Part shown: one piece after another, positions 1 to 9,888 of the stretch
Numbering within the stretch: position 1 is the stretch's first letter
How the letters are laid out: each line of letters opens with the position of its first letter
Assembly (NCBI GenBank): GCA_036385275.1
Contig: DASVKR010000010.1
Span: forward strand, 1 to 44,489
From: Candidatus Cryosericum sp.
Lineage (GTDB): Bacteria; Caldisericota; Caldisericia; Cryosericales; Cryosericaceae
Length of the DNA: 44,489 nt
Reading direction: 5' to 3'
The notes under the pieces: generated by a model
Databases searched by the model: none
The model's input: the letters and a program-made list of their open reading frames with translations, nothing else
What the model was told of the DNA's origin: nothing
Position numbers and translations under genes: made by a program

Positions 1-105
1 AATGGAACCAAGGATCTCAGCCGCATCACCACGAAGACCCGTGTCATTGCTATGTGGGATAGAAGAAATAATATGTTTGATATATGACACTAGGAGGTGT
101 TATAA

Positions 106-3100
106 ATGAATCATAAATTGCAGAAAGTTTTTATAAAGAAAAGTTCAAAGGTATTTTGGTTTAATTTTCCACTCAGATTAATAGTCTGTTTATTGGTTTG
201 TTTCTCTTTTATTCACCTTCCCTTATCTTTGGCTGCCATTACGCCCATTACTCCCATTACGCCCGTTACGCCTGTGTCGAGATGCCCTGCGACAACTCTA
301 TCCATCAGCACAGGATGGAATCATGCTACGAATACTGTCTACCCCGTAGGGTCATGGGATGATTACTGGACAGTAGTGAGTCAACCAGCAGGATTTGGTG
401 GTTCGTTGCCTAGGCCGACAAATGTGATAGTACTGCAAAGTGGATGGGCCCTGCAGCTTACAAACAGTCAGTGGTTAGGAGCTCATCCAGGCTCGATTAA
501 TGCTACCAACGGCGAATATGTATTTGAACGCAAATTCTGTGTGGCTGATACAAAAGATATACAGTTGACAATGCAGATACTGGTAGATGACGATGCCAAG
601 GTCTATCTCAATGGTACGAATCTAATTGGACAGACACCAATTGGACCATCTTCGTGCCCGGGCTGCAATTTCCAGTTACCTGCGTTAACAATCGCAACAA
701 CAAACGCTGCACTCTTTGTGCTGGGAACGAATACATTGAAGATTGTAGTGACGAACCGTTGGAGTAGAGCAATGGGATTGGATATATCGGGTTCCGTCAC
801 TGGTAACCTGATACGGCAGGAATGTTGTGATTCCAAAGGGGCTCTCGGTGGGTATAAATGGAATGATTTGAATGGGGACGGTATCTGGCAATCAACAGAG
901 CCAATGCTTGCAAACTGGCCGATTCTGTTATCCAACGGGATGACAACCACGACGGATCAATATGGGTACTACTTCTTCATGGAGGTCCCGACTGGGACTT
1001 ACACAGTAACCGAGGGACCCAAGGCAGGTTGGGTACAAACGTATCCGACGACACCGGGGTCGTACACTGTGATATTAGCTAATAATCAGATCATCAACAG
1101 TCTCAACTTTGGGAACCAAATTGGGAGTACAGGACAAATCTGTATTTGTAAATTTAACGATCTGAATGGCGATGGGAGACAAGAGGCCGGAGAGGGCCCC
1201 CTTGTTAATTGGGCGTTTAACGTCACAGGGAATAATTTCTCTGGCACAATTAAAACAGATGCAAAGGGTTGTGGTTGTCTAACAGTCCCCGCACCGGGAA
1301 CCTATACGGTTACCGAAGTAGGACAAGCTGGCTGGACAGTGACAACTAATAACAATCCTTCAACCGTGACTGTGGCGGCAGGAGGAACGGTAAATCTCTT
1401 ATTTGGAAATTATAAAAAAATAGAGACAGGACAACTCTGTGTAGAGAAGTTTAACGATTTAAATGGCAATGGAGTTCAGGACATAGGAGAACCCTTACTT
1501 GGGGGATGGGTGTTTAATGTTACAGGCTCGAATAATTTTGCTGGTACCATTACGTCTTCAGAAACAGGTTGTTCTTGTGCTTGCTTAACTGTTCCTGCAC
1601 CCGGAAGTTATACAATCACTGAGGTAGAACAAACGGGCTGGACCTTAACAACGGTAAATCCTCAGACAGTATCCATGGCAATAGGACAAACGGAAAAACT
1701 CTTATTTGGGAATAAAATTACCAATGGGACAGGACAAATCTGTATTTGTAAATTTAACGACTTAAATGGTAATGGGGTACAAGAGGCTGGCGAGGCCCCC
1801 CTTGTTGGTTGGATGTTTAATGTCAACGGACAGAGTTTCTCTGGCACAATTACAACAGATGCGAAGGGTTGTGGTTGTCTGACAGTTCCTGGGGGAACCT
1901 ATACGGTTACCGAAATAGGGCAACCTGGTTGGACTTTGACAACAACAAATGTTGGTAATAAGGTGTTTGTAACGGGAGGACAAACGGTAAATCTCTTATT
2001 TGGAAATAAAAAATCGAGCTGTATACCAATTTGTCAGGGTTGTATTAAGAAAATTATTCCCGACCCTCAAGTGAATAACAAATGGGAAGTTACCTTTGAT
2101 CCGGATTGTAACGCAAGTACCAATAATGATATGACTTATTATGTAACGGACATTCAAGTTTATACAGAACTTAAGGCAATTTTGGAAAAGTGTTCGGAGA
2201 TTGGCTCTTCAGGTTCTAAAATTTGGACGACAGACGATGATTTTATTGAAGGCACTTCGATGTCCGTAAACCATGGGTCTGATGCCTGGACCGATCCTCA
2301 CTCGGGGCAAGGGAGCCCCAATGATCAATTACAGATGACCATTCCCGGAAGTACTTTCCCCTTTATTTGGGTACCAAATGATAAAGACGGAACTGTTTCA
2401 TTACTTGCTACACAAACAACTATATTTAACACTCACTCTATTGTTGCGGGTACAGAATATGGTAGATATTTAACCGGTCCTACCAACAATGGCAATCCTT
2501 CCAGAACAACGGTAGATTTGTATGGAAATTGTTGGGTAGCTAACCGTAATACTGATACTGTTATTAAAATATTGAACCGATTTATTATGCCCATTGTTGA
2601 TATTAATACTCCACTTGACGGGGTGCAAACTTCTCCGGGATCAAGTTATTTAGCCTGGGGGAAAGATGACGCAGTTGTTTGGGAAGTTGACTTGGGCGTT
2701 TCTCCGGGCGTGTTTCGACCCGGGGCACAGCCTTTAACGGATTATACAAATTCTCCATATAACCAAATATTAAGAGCTACAAGCATTGATCGGAATAATG
2801 ACCTTTGGGTTGGGTCGTACGGTGGAACGAACAGTAATAATTATTATCATATTAGGTATAATGTGACTGGTATACCTGTTATACCTGTCACTGCAGACAC
2901 ATTTCCCAATGTTCCTTCATATGGATCCGTGATAGATAGATGTGGATTTATTTATGTAACTAATTATCAGGGAATAACTAGAATTGATCCAAGCAATGGA
3001 AGTAAATCATATGTTCCTTATGTTAATACTTATATTAGTGCTAATACATACCTTGGTTATGGGATAGCAATTGATAATGAATTGGCTAATAGGGTTTATA

Positions 3101-6100
3101 CCACTGATTATTCGCATGGTAAAATCTATGCCTGGGATACTTCTAATTGGCCAATTAGCATGGCTGCGCCTATTGCAATAGGTAACACTGTTGAAAGCTG
3201 TAGCGGTTTAACAGTAAGCAAAGATGGAATTTGGGTAGCAAATACTTGGGGTAACAAAATTATGCTTTTCGATAAAACCATTATACCAGGACCCCCAGGA
3301 ACCCCAGGAATCCTATCATTAATTAATAGCCTATTTACAAATATAGGATCAGACCCTGTTCTAAATCCAAAAGGTGTGGCTGTTGATTCAGAAGGTCATT
3401 GCTGGATAGTTGGACAGGGTAGTTCTGCAGTTAGAGAATATCAACTTATTAGTAGTACGATTACTCAGATAGGGCCATCATATAATGTTATTAATAGTGG
3501 AAATAGTCATTATGCCTATAGTGACATGACAGGGTTAATGGCAAATTCCATTGCTGCTCAGCATGGTATTTGGACTGCCACTTATGAAGCACCCTGCAAT
3601 GATCCAATATGGACAGCTTCATGGAATGTTAGCACCCCTAAATTTACCAGTTTACATCTTTCTTTTTTTACCAGTGACGATAACAACAACTGGGGGGTGG
3701 GAACGCCTACCAGTATAGTGGGGCCCGCAAGCCCTTCAACATCTTTTGTAAGTTTGACAACTCATCAAAAATACATAAAAGTAGAAGTTGAGTTTTTAAG
3801 TAACCCTCCTTGCGACACACCTTTGGAAAAATTCCCTACGCCTGTGTTGAAAGATATTACCGTCAACTGGACTTGCAAAGGAGGACAAAATAATAATTGC
3901 TGTGTCTACGCTTGTCTAACCGATGGTGTAATTTGGAACATTGATGAACAACATGTTGGTCAAAATCCTTGTTGTGGTAGTAGCGGGGGTAGAATTTTAG
4001 GAACCGTAAAAGGAAACTGTAGCCCCGGAACGATCATCCAAATTTCTGATCAAACAACAGGACAAGTTGTCTGGACAGGTTCAACGGATTCAACTAGTTC
4101 TTACGATACCGGAACTGACTGTAAATTAATTTGCGGAGAAACTTATAAAGTTGAACCATTGCAATCCTCAGGATGTACAATTACTCCGCTTTATCAGATT
4201 ATAACAATATCGCATTGTTGTCCCCCAACGCCCATTAATCCAGGATACGAAACAGTAAATTTTAAATGTGATTGTCAGCCTCACAAGGGTCGGATCCAAG
4301 GATTAGTAAAGGGAAAATGCAATCCCGTAACTATAAAAATTGAAGGTCTTGGGACAACCAATTATTCTGGAACTTTTACTACAGATTCATATACGGGCTT
4401 TTATCAAACTTCTCCCGGAGGTAACCCTCCCATTCGTTGCATTTTACCGTGTCCCGGTAAGTATCGTGTAACCCCTGTACCGGTAAATGGAGTAACATTT
4501 GTTCCTTCTTATGTAGAGATAGATATGAAAGAATGTTGTGAAGATAGTGTTTCATATGAGGCTGATTTTATTTGTACTGACAATATTGGAGACAGTATTG
4601 GACAAATTTGTATAAAGAAGTTTAATGACTTAAATGGTAACGGAGTACAAGATCCCAGTGAGTCACAACTTGCTGGCTGGAATTTTACTGTCCATAACCA
4701 AAGTACCGGTATTGATTATCCAATTGAATCCGCGGTACTGGATTGGGCTTGTGTGAAAATTCCTGCAGGTACCTATACGGTTACCGAAGTAGGACAAGCT
4801 GGCTGGACAGTGACGACTAATAACAATCCTTCAACCGTGACTGTGGCGGCAGGAGGAACGGTAAATCTCTTATTTGGAAATTATAAAAAAATAGAGGCAG
4901 GACAACTCTGGGTAGAGAAGTTTAACGATTTAAATGGCAATGGAGTTCAGGACATAGGAGAACCCTTACTTGGGGGATGGGTGTTTAATATTACAGGGCC
5001 TAACAATTTTATCGGCACCATTACGTCATTAGAAAGTGGAGGAGCTTTTCTTTCGGTTCCCGCAGGAATTTATACGGTTACCGAAGTAATGCAAACAGGG
5101 TGGACCTCGACGAAGGCAAATCCTCAAATAGTAAATGTAGTGGAAGGGCAAACAGCGAGTCTGGTATTTATGAACCATTTAATTAATAGCCCAGGAGGGC
5201 CCAAACTCAATCCCTTAATTCTTTCGGACCAAATCTGTAGCGGAAGTGAAGTGGCGGTTGATGAGAGTTGGACGGGGGGAGTAGCTCCCTTTACTTGGGT
5301 AGTTAATTATGGAGATGGAACTCCAAGTATTAATGGTTCATCAACAGGAAATAGACTAATTGTTCGTCATCTATATGCAGTCGTTGGTTTGTATACAATA
5401 AAGGTTATGGTCACAGATTCTAATGGTAAAACAGATTCTATTGCTCAGACGATTTCGGTCGTTGACTGTGAAGTTAAAGAAGAAGTATACCATCACACTT
5501 TCTTTATTGGCTATCCAGATGGGTTATTTAAACCAGAACGTAATGTTAGCAGAGCAGAAGTCGCGGCAGCGTTGTCACGAGCTCTAGGGTTAGGGTGGTC
5601 CAATACCAAACCTTCTTACCCCGACGTTTCTTCTACTCATTGGGCAACAGGATATATTCAAATAATGACGAAGGAAGGAATTATGGAGGGGGATGTCTCA
5701 GGGACATTCAGACCAGATGCATATATTACTCGCGCGGAGGCAGCTGCGGTTTTTTTACGAATGTTAAAAATTGCGCCTTTCAACAATTTAATAACTTCTT
5801 CTTTTAGAGATGTTGTTGCAAGTAACTGGGCGATTGGGTATATTGAATCAATGCAGAGATATGGACTTATCACCGGTTATCCGGATGGGACATACAAACC
5901 TAGTGCCAATATTGTTCGGTCAGAATTTGCGGCGATTGCGGATAGATCGCTTGGGAGAGAAATAAGTGATTCTTCACAAGTTACTGGATTGGGTGGAGGA
6001 GTTCGTTGGCCAGATGTTCCTCTTAATCACTGGGCTTATCTTTATATTTTAGAAGCGTCGACTCCACATACCGTGGAACAGGCAAATCGGTTGAATCGGA

Positions 6101-6279
6101 ATATTGTTTTAAGGGCAAAAACTATTCCTTTATTCTCTGATGGTACATCAATTGTTACTATCCACAGGGTGGGAGATGTGTTAACGGCCATCGTTCCGGT
6201 TGATGGGTTACAGCCGGATGGAACTGATCCTGCTGCTCGCAGGGTTGTTGTGCGCATTACCACCTTGCTTGCGCCGTAA
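106..6279 (+). CDS. Giant secreted SLH-anchored surface protein (SdrD-B/Ig-like repeats, probable beta-propeller, Cys-rich modules, PKD, 3x SLH)
   Basis: RBS AGGAGG upstream; basic then hydrophobic N-terminal signal; six K(F/W)NDLNG(N/D)G..Q...E..L..W repeats with GTYTVTE motifs; NPSRTTVD...YSDMTG propeller-like block; VNYGDG...HLY...YTIKV PKD signature; C-terminal GYPDG.FKP...SRAE SLH repeats. Confidence 0.9.
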   Translation: MNHKLQKVFIKKSSKVFWFNFPLRLIVCLLVCFSFIHLPLSLAAITPITPITPVTPVSRCPATTLSISTGWNHATNTVYPVGSWDDYWTVVSQPAGFGGSLPRPTNVIVLQSGWALQLTNSQWLGAHPGSINATNGEYVFERKFCVADTKDIQLTMQILVDDDAKVYLNGTNLIGQTPIGPSSCPGCNFQLPALTIATTNAALFVLGTNTLKIVVTNRWSRAMGLDISGSVTGNLIRQECCDSKGALGGYKWNDLNGDGIWQSTEPMLANWPILLSNGMTTTTDQYGYYFFMEVPTGTYTVTEGPKAGWVQTYPTTPGSYTVILANNQIINSLNFGNQIGSTGQICICKFNDLNGDGRQEAGEGPLVNWAFNVTGNNFSGTIKTDAKGCGCLTVPAPGTYTVTEVGQAGWTVTTNNNPSTVTVAAGGTVNLLFGNYKKIETGQLCVEKFNDLNGNGVQDIGEPLLGGWVFNVTGSNNFAGTITSSETGCSCACLTVPAPGSYTITEVEQTGWTLTTVNPQTVSMAIGQTEKLLFGNKITNGTGQICICKFNDLNGNGVQEAGEAPLVGWMFNVNGQSFSGTITTDAKGCGCLTVPGGTYTVTEIGQPGWTLTTTNVGNKVFVTGGQTVNLLFGNKKSSCIPICQGCIKKIIPDPQVNNKWEVTFDPDCNASTNNDMTYYVTDIQVYTELKAILEKCSEIGSSGSKIWTTDDDFIEGTSMSVNHGSDAWTDPHSGQGSPNDQLQMTIPGSTFPFIWVPNDKDGTVSLLATQTTIFNTHSIVAGTEYGRYLTGPTNNGNPSRTTVDLYGNCWVANRNTDTVIKILNRFIMPIVDINTPLDGVQTSPGSSYLAWGKDDAVVWEVDLGVSPGVFRPGAQPLTDYTNSPYNQILRATSIDRNNDLWVGSYGGTNSNNYYHIRYNVTGIPVIPVTADTFPNVPSYGSVIDRCGFIYVTNYQGITRIDPSNGSKSYVPYVNTYISANTYLGYGIAIDNELANRVYTTDYSHGKIYAWDTSNWPISMAAPIAIGNTVESCSGLTVSKDGIWVANTWGNKIMLFDKTIIPGPPGTPGILSLINSLFTNIGSDPVLNPKGVAVDSEGHCWIVGQGSSAVREYQLISSTITQIGPSYNVINSGNSHYAYSDMTGLMANSIAAQHGIWTATYEAPCNDPIWTASWNVSTPKFTSLHLSFFTSDDNNNWGVGTPTSIVGPASPSTSFVSLTTHQKYIKVEVEFLSNPPCDTPLEKFPTPVLKDITVNWTCKGGQNNNCCVYACLTDGVIWNIDEQHVGQNPCCGSSGGRILGTVKGNCSPGTIIQISDQTTGQVVWTGSTDSTSSYDTGTDCKLICGETYKVEPLQSSGCTITPLYQIITISHCCPPTPINPGYETVNFKCDCQPHKGRIQGLVKGKCNPVTIKIEGLGTTNYSGTFTTDSYTGFYQTSPGGNPPIRCILPCPGKYRVTPVPVNGVTFVPSYVEIDMKECCEDSVSYEADFICTDNIGDSIGQICIKKFNDLNGNGVQDPSESQLAGWNFTVHNQSTGIDYPIESAVLDWACVKIPAGTYTVTEVGQAGWTVTTNNNPSTVTVAAGGTVNLLFGNYKKIEAGQLWVEKFNDLNGNGVQDIGEPLLGGWVFNITGPNNFIGTITSLESGGAFLSVPAGIYTVTEVMQTGWTSTKANPQIVNVVEGQTASLVFMNHLINSPGGPKLNPLILSDQICSGSEVAVDESWTGGVAPFTWVVNYGDGTPSINGSSTGNRLIVRHLYAVVGLYTIKVMVTDSNGKTDSIAQTISVVDCEVKEEVYHHTFFIGYPDGLFKPERNVSRAEVAAALSRALGLGWSNTKPSYPDVSSTHWATGYIQIMTKEGIMEGDVSGTFRPDAYITRAEAAAVFLRMLKIAPFNNLITSSFRDVVASNWAIGYIESMQRYGLITGYPDGTYKPSANIVRSEFAAIADRSLGREISDSSQVTGLGGGVRWPDVPLNHWAYLYILEASTPHTVEQANRLNRNIVLRAKTIPLFSDGTSIVTIHRVGDVLTAIVPVDGLQPDGTDPAARRVVVRITTLLAP
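238..276 (+). repeat. Imperfect 9-bp tandem repeat encoding ITPITPITPVTPV linker
   Basis: attacgccc attactccc attacgccc gttacgcct gtg. Confidence 0.7.
1300..1526 (+). repeat. 227-bp intragenic direct repeat, copy 1 (copy 2 at 4771-4997)
   Basis: Ungapped near-identity at offset 3471, about 4 mismatches counted by eye. Confidence 0.9.
4771..4997 (+). repeat. 227-bp intragenic direct repeat, copy 2
   Basis: acctatacggttaccgaagtagg...ttacagg matches 1300-1526. Confidence 0.9.
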
Positions 6280-6325
6280 CACACAGAAAACCCTTATATT
6301 AGCAGAATATAGTTTATAAAGAGTT

Positions 6326-6357
6326 GGCTCCGGCGATTTCTCACCGGAGCCTTTTTG
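6326..6357 (+). terminator. Rho-independent terminator after the SLH gene
   Basis: GGCTCCGG / CCGGAGCC stem followed by TTTTT. Confidence 0.8.
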
Positions 6358-6493
6358 TGTGGAAAAATATTGAGGTTGATTGGAACGGAACAACGCAAAC
6401 GATTATGATAACATACGAACCAGCAACTTTAGACCTGCCTAATTAGGATAACATATCCAGGAAGTTAAGTTTCATATTGATATGTAAAAAAGC

Positions 6494-8050
6494 GTGCGTA
6501 AACTGTTTGAAGATGCTGCTGCCCGGAAGTTCTCCAAGTTGCTGATTTCCAAACTCGATCGGTGGGCACGCAATACGAGGGACTTCTACAATACATATGA
6601 CCGCCTTAGCAAGTACGGTGTCAGCCTTCTGGTACCTGACCAAGTTCCTGACACAGACTCCGCAACAGGGAAAGCCTTCATGGGGTTTCTTGCTGTATTT
6701 GCTGAATTGGAAGGAAGCATCATCAAGGGTCGCGCTATCAACACTACTGAGCATCTGAAAGCAGACGGAAGGGTGCTGGGACATCTTCCCTATGGCTACA
6801 CGTCAGGATTTCACACCGTAGTCCCGGATGAAGAGAAACTGAGGACAGCGAGAAGAGTGTATGATTTGTTCGAATCGGGGCACAGCCAACGAGACATCGC
6901 CCGTATGCTTGCAGTAGACGGGCTTACTCGGGACATAGTACGCGTGATCCTGACGAACCCGATCTATGCGGGAATGGTTGCTTATGGGCGAGGGAAAGTG
7001 GCGGGAGACCAACGGAAGCGCAAGAGTGGTGGGGTCGTTGAATCCTCGGGGTCCGAGCCGAAGCCCACCATAGACAAAGTCAAGAAGATAGTCAGCTACG
7101 AAGAGTGGTGTCAGGTGCAGGAGGACATCAGGAACAACTTCCGGCATGCTCAGGCGAAGACGTATCCTCTGTTCCAACATTTACTGTACTGTTCGACGTG
7201 CCACCACTTCCTGTCGGCTCATGGAGACGCCAAGGGCAAGACGAAATACGCTTGTGAGAACGACCGTGAGGGTCGCGTGAAGATTGGGATCCAGACAGGT
7301 GATCCTCAGCCGGAGCTGGCGGGCAGGCATTACTGCGGCCAGCAGCTTTGGGAACAGTACTTGGAGTTTCCAGTCGTTCGAGCTCTGGACGAGGCTGTGC
7401 GAGAGTGGAAGCCAGACATTGACCTCAGCCAGGAAATCAAAGACGTTCAGACCAAGCTCAGTCGTGCAATGGGCGTGGAGAACAGAGAGAAGGCTGATAT
7501 GGAGAATCCAGAGAAACCCTACGAAATCGCTGCCGCAAGGATGAAGAAAGCGCATGCGGTGGTCGAGGCAATCCATGAGAGACTTGACGCGCTCAAAGAA
7601 GAGAATGCTTCGCAAGAACTAGTGAAACGAATGCTCAAAGAAGGTTTTATGGAATTTTATTATAGCAAGAGACGTACCAAAGAACAGAAGCAGGGCATTT
7701 TGCAGCATCTCATCCGCAGGATTGATGTCGGGCCGCAAGAATTGACAATCACATGGCTCTTCATGAAAGACGGAAAGCGCCGAATACCTCGGAGCGCGAC
7801 AGATCCCAAGGGAGGTCATGGAAAACCCCAGAAATACGACCCAAAAGCCCAAAAACGGACCGTATCTGATGATTGTATAGCAAGACAAAACGCCAGTAAA
7901 AAGACCCCTTCCGGGGTCTCAGGTGGACGATTGGTGGAGATAGGGGCGTTGGACCACGCTGGCGAACACCCGTCGTCGCAACCTGAGAGCGCGGTCGTGG
8001 ACGCGCTTGCAGACGCGTTGCTCCGTATTCGCTCTCCCAGCAGTCGCTAG
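6494..8050 (+). CDS. Large serine recombinase (resolvase, recombinase, zinc ribbon, coiled coil), apparently 5'-truncated
   Basis: KLDRWARN, GK..MG.LAVFAELE...I..R, LPYGY, ILTNPIYAG, LLYCSTC...KYAC...C, LIRRIDV motifs. N-terminal YxRVS catalytic segment is absent and there is an in-frame TAA at 6485. Confidence 0.9.
   Translation: MRKLFEDAAARKFSKLLISKLDRWARNTRDFYNTYDRLSKYGVSLLVPDQVPDTDSATGKAFMGFLAVFAELEGSIIKGRAINTTEHLKADGRVLGHLPYGYTSGFHTVVPDEEKLRTARRVYDLFESGHSQRDIARMLAVDGLTRDIVRVILTNPIYAGMVAYGRGKVAGDQRKRKSGGVVESSGSEPKPTIDKVKKIVSYEEWCQVQEDIRNNFRHAQAKTYPLFQHLLYCSTCHHFLSAHGDAKGKTKYACENDREGRVKIGIQTGDPQPELAGRHYCGQQLWEQYLEFPVVRALDEAVREWKPDIDLSQEIKDVQTKLSRAMGVENREKADMENPEKPYEIAAARMKKAHAVVEAIHERLDALKEENASQELVKRMLKEGFMEFYYSKRRTKEQKQGILQHLIRRIDVGPQELTITWLFMKDGKRRIPRSATDPKGGHGKPQKYDPKAQKRTVSDDCIARQNASKKTPSGVSGGRLVEIGALDHAGEHPSSQPESAVVDALADALLRIRSPSSR
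7931..8050 (+). repeat. att-like site 1: 16-bp identity to tRNA-Ala 3' end plus family-A arm, inside the LSR 3' end
   Basis: TTGGTGGAGATAGGGG at 7931-7946 equals 34247-34262; arm block GGACCACGCTGGCGAA at 7951-7966. Confidence 0.9.
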
Positions 8051-8174
8051 ACAGGAATCGTTGCCGAACACTAGGGCCTGCCCTTTCTGGGTTGTCCGGC
8101 GTGCCAGTGAAACTGGCGTGTCGTCCTCTTTCCTCTATCTCATGCAATGCGGAGCAAGGAGCTCAGGAATAGCA

Positions 8175-9701
8175 TCACAGGAACTGTGACGTGTCCATAA
8201 CGATTGTCGGGATCAGTCCACTACCTCGTTTTCTGTTCTCTTCGATATTGACGCAGTTGATCAGGTAGATGATCGATGACTTCGCCAGTCTCATCAGATT
8301 GACCGTCTCACCTAGCATCGTGCTGTAACCGATATTCTCTTTGTCGTCTTTCTTGTCCGAATCAGTCGGCACTGAATCACAGATCACTAGTTTCCTATGA
8401 GTTGAGGCGTTCCTGATAGCCTGGAGGGGCTCATAGTAACCAGACTTGAAGTCCTGATATATGTCATAGAGGGCATACAAGCTGATGTTCTTTGATTCCA
8501 GGATCCTATCTCTTATCCTTCCGTCTAGTTGCCAAATCGTCGTGAAGTATATGCGGTCTGTTCGTAGTCCCAGGTTGTAGTAATCGTTTATGAAGACAGC
8601 AATCTTGTCCAAGATGTTGTAGGCTTCTTTGAAGGCTGATTTCAAGAGGCCAGAATACAGATTGAATTGCGAATAGTCCAACGTATTCACAAAAGTCGTT
8701 CTTCTGCTGATGCTGTCAAAGTCCTCTCTCTTGAATTGAGATTGCACCAATAGCAGCCTGGCAACAGCATAGTCTTCCTTGATTTGGTTGATGCTCTTCG
8801 CGAGTCGATAGAAGGTGTCGTCGTCTTCTATCGGCGTTATCAAGCTAATGAAGATGGGGTCAGTGATTGCCGATTCGCACTGCGTATCATGAACATGGAA
8901 ATTCAAGAAGAGCTTCTCCTTGGCACAGAAAGCCAAGTAGTACTCTTCGAATGTGGATAGGTTGGTCGTAGAGTAGTTGGGATGTGCAAGTCTCTTTGTT
9001 AGGTCTGTCTTGTCCTTGAAGCGGGATGCAATCCCTTGCAGTTCGTCTTCAAACGATTTCCTCGCGCTCAGTCCTCCAATTGCGATCAAGTCCTGATTAT
9101 CGATGATTGACTTTATCGCCTGGTATGCTTCGACATAGATCGCTCCTCTGTATCTCCCTGAGATATCAGCAAAGAAGCGCAGGGCTTTCGCCCTGTTCCC
9201 GATTGCCATTGAGAAGTGCTCGTCAATTGCTATTGCAGCATCATAAGCATCGAAAGCTTCCACCCCTCGCCCTAACATGTCTAGACAGTTGCCATAGTTG
9301 ACGAAGACTTGTTTCCTGAGGTCGCGTCTTGACTCGTCGCCATTTCTCAGAGCGTCTCTGAGGTGCTCTTTTGCCTTCTGCAAGTTGGCGCTTCTGGGGA
9401 TGCTCTCAACTCCGAGGTTTCTTTCAGTAAGGTAGTACAGAGAAGCGTAGCCGTTGGCCAGGTTGTAGTGAATATGGGGGTCATGTCCTGCGTACATGTA
9501 GTTCCGCAAATTGCGTTCTCCAATATCCAAAGCTTGCGCAAGAAGACGGTGATCACCTAGACCAATGCCAATGGCGACTAGAAAGGGCGGTTTGTTGAAT
9601 TGCAGGATGGCATCATCTGAATGCCGGGCTTCGCAACTCTCAACTCCCTCAAGGGCTTCCTGGAACCTACCCCGATCGATGAGAGAGGAGATGCGTTTCA
9701 T
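8175..9701 (-). CDS. TPR + LA2681-like HEPN domain protein (putative defence RNase)
   Basis: TPR-like helices (YNLANGY, VNYGNCLDMLGR..EA...YD.A); NQIKEDY..AR.LL, AFKEAYNILDKIA.FINDY; HEPN motif RNASTH; RBS GGAGG. Confidence 0.8.
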   Translation of the reverse strand: MKRISSLIDRGRFQEALEGVESCEARHSDDAILQFNKPPFLVAIGIGLGDHRLLAQALDIGERNLRNYMYAGHDPHIHYNLANGYASLYYLTERNLGVESIPRSANLQKAKEHLRDALRNGDESRRDLRKQVFVNYGNCLDMLGRGVEAFDAYDAAIAIDEHFSMAIGNRAKALRFFADISGRYRGAIYVEAYQAIKSIIDNQDLIAIGGLSARKSFEDELQGIASRFKDKTDLTKRLAHPNYSTTNLSTFEEYYLAFCAKEKLFLNFHVHDTQCESAITDPIFISLITPIEDDDTFYRLAKSINQIKEDYAVARLLLVQSQFKREDFDSISRRTTFVNTLDYSQFNLYSGLLKSAFKEAYNILDKIAVFINDYYNLGLRTDRIYFTTIWQLDGRIRDRILESKNISLYALYDIYQDFKSGYYEPLQAIRNASTHRKLVICDSVPTDSDKKDDKENIGYSTMLGETVNLMRLAKSSIIYLINCVNIEENRKRGSGLIPTIVMDTSQFL

Positions 9702-9888
9702 GTCCTCCGCTGTATGCTGACTGTTCTCACGCTTCGATCGTTGTGGCTGTTTCGTGGCTCCTCCTTGGTGCTACGTGCTCCTCCCCGTCCCAGTAGCGCT
9801 TGTGCTACACAAATGATCGTTTGAGAGCGGTATCCCGTCAAGGCGGGAAACGACAAAAACAGAACCACAATACCTGATGGTTCCTTCT

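Noticed and set aside
1-87. 3' end of an upstream CDS (frame 1 open to TGA at 85-87)
   Set aside because: Too short to support or identify
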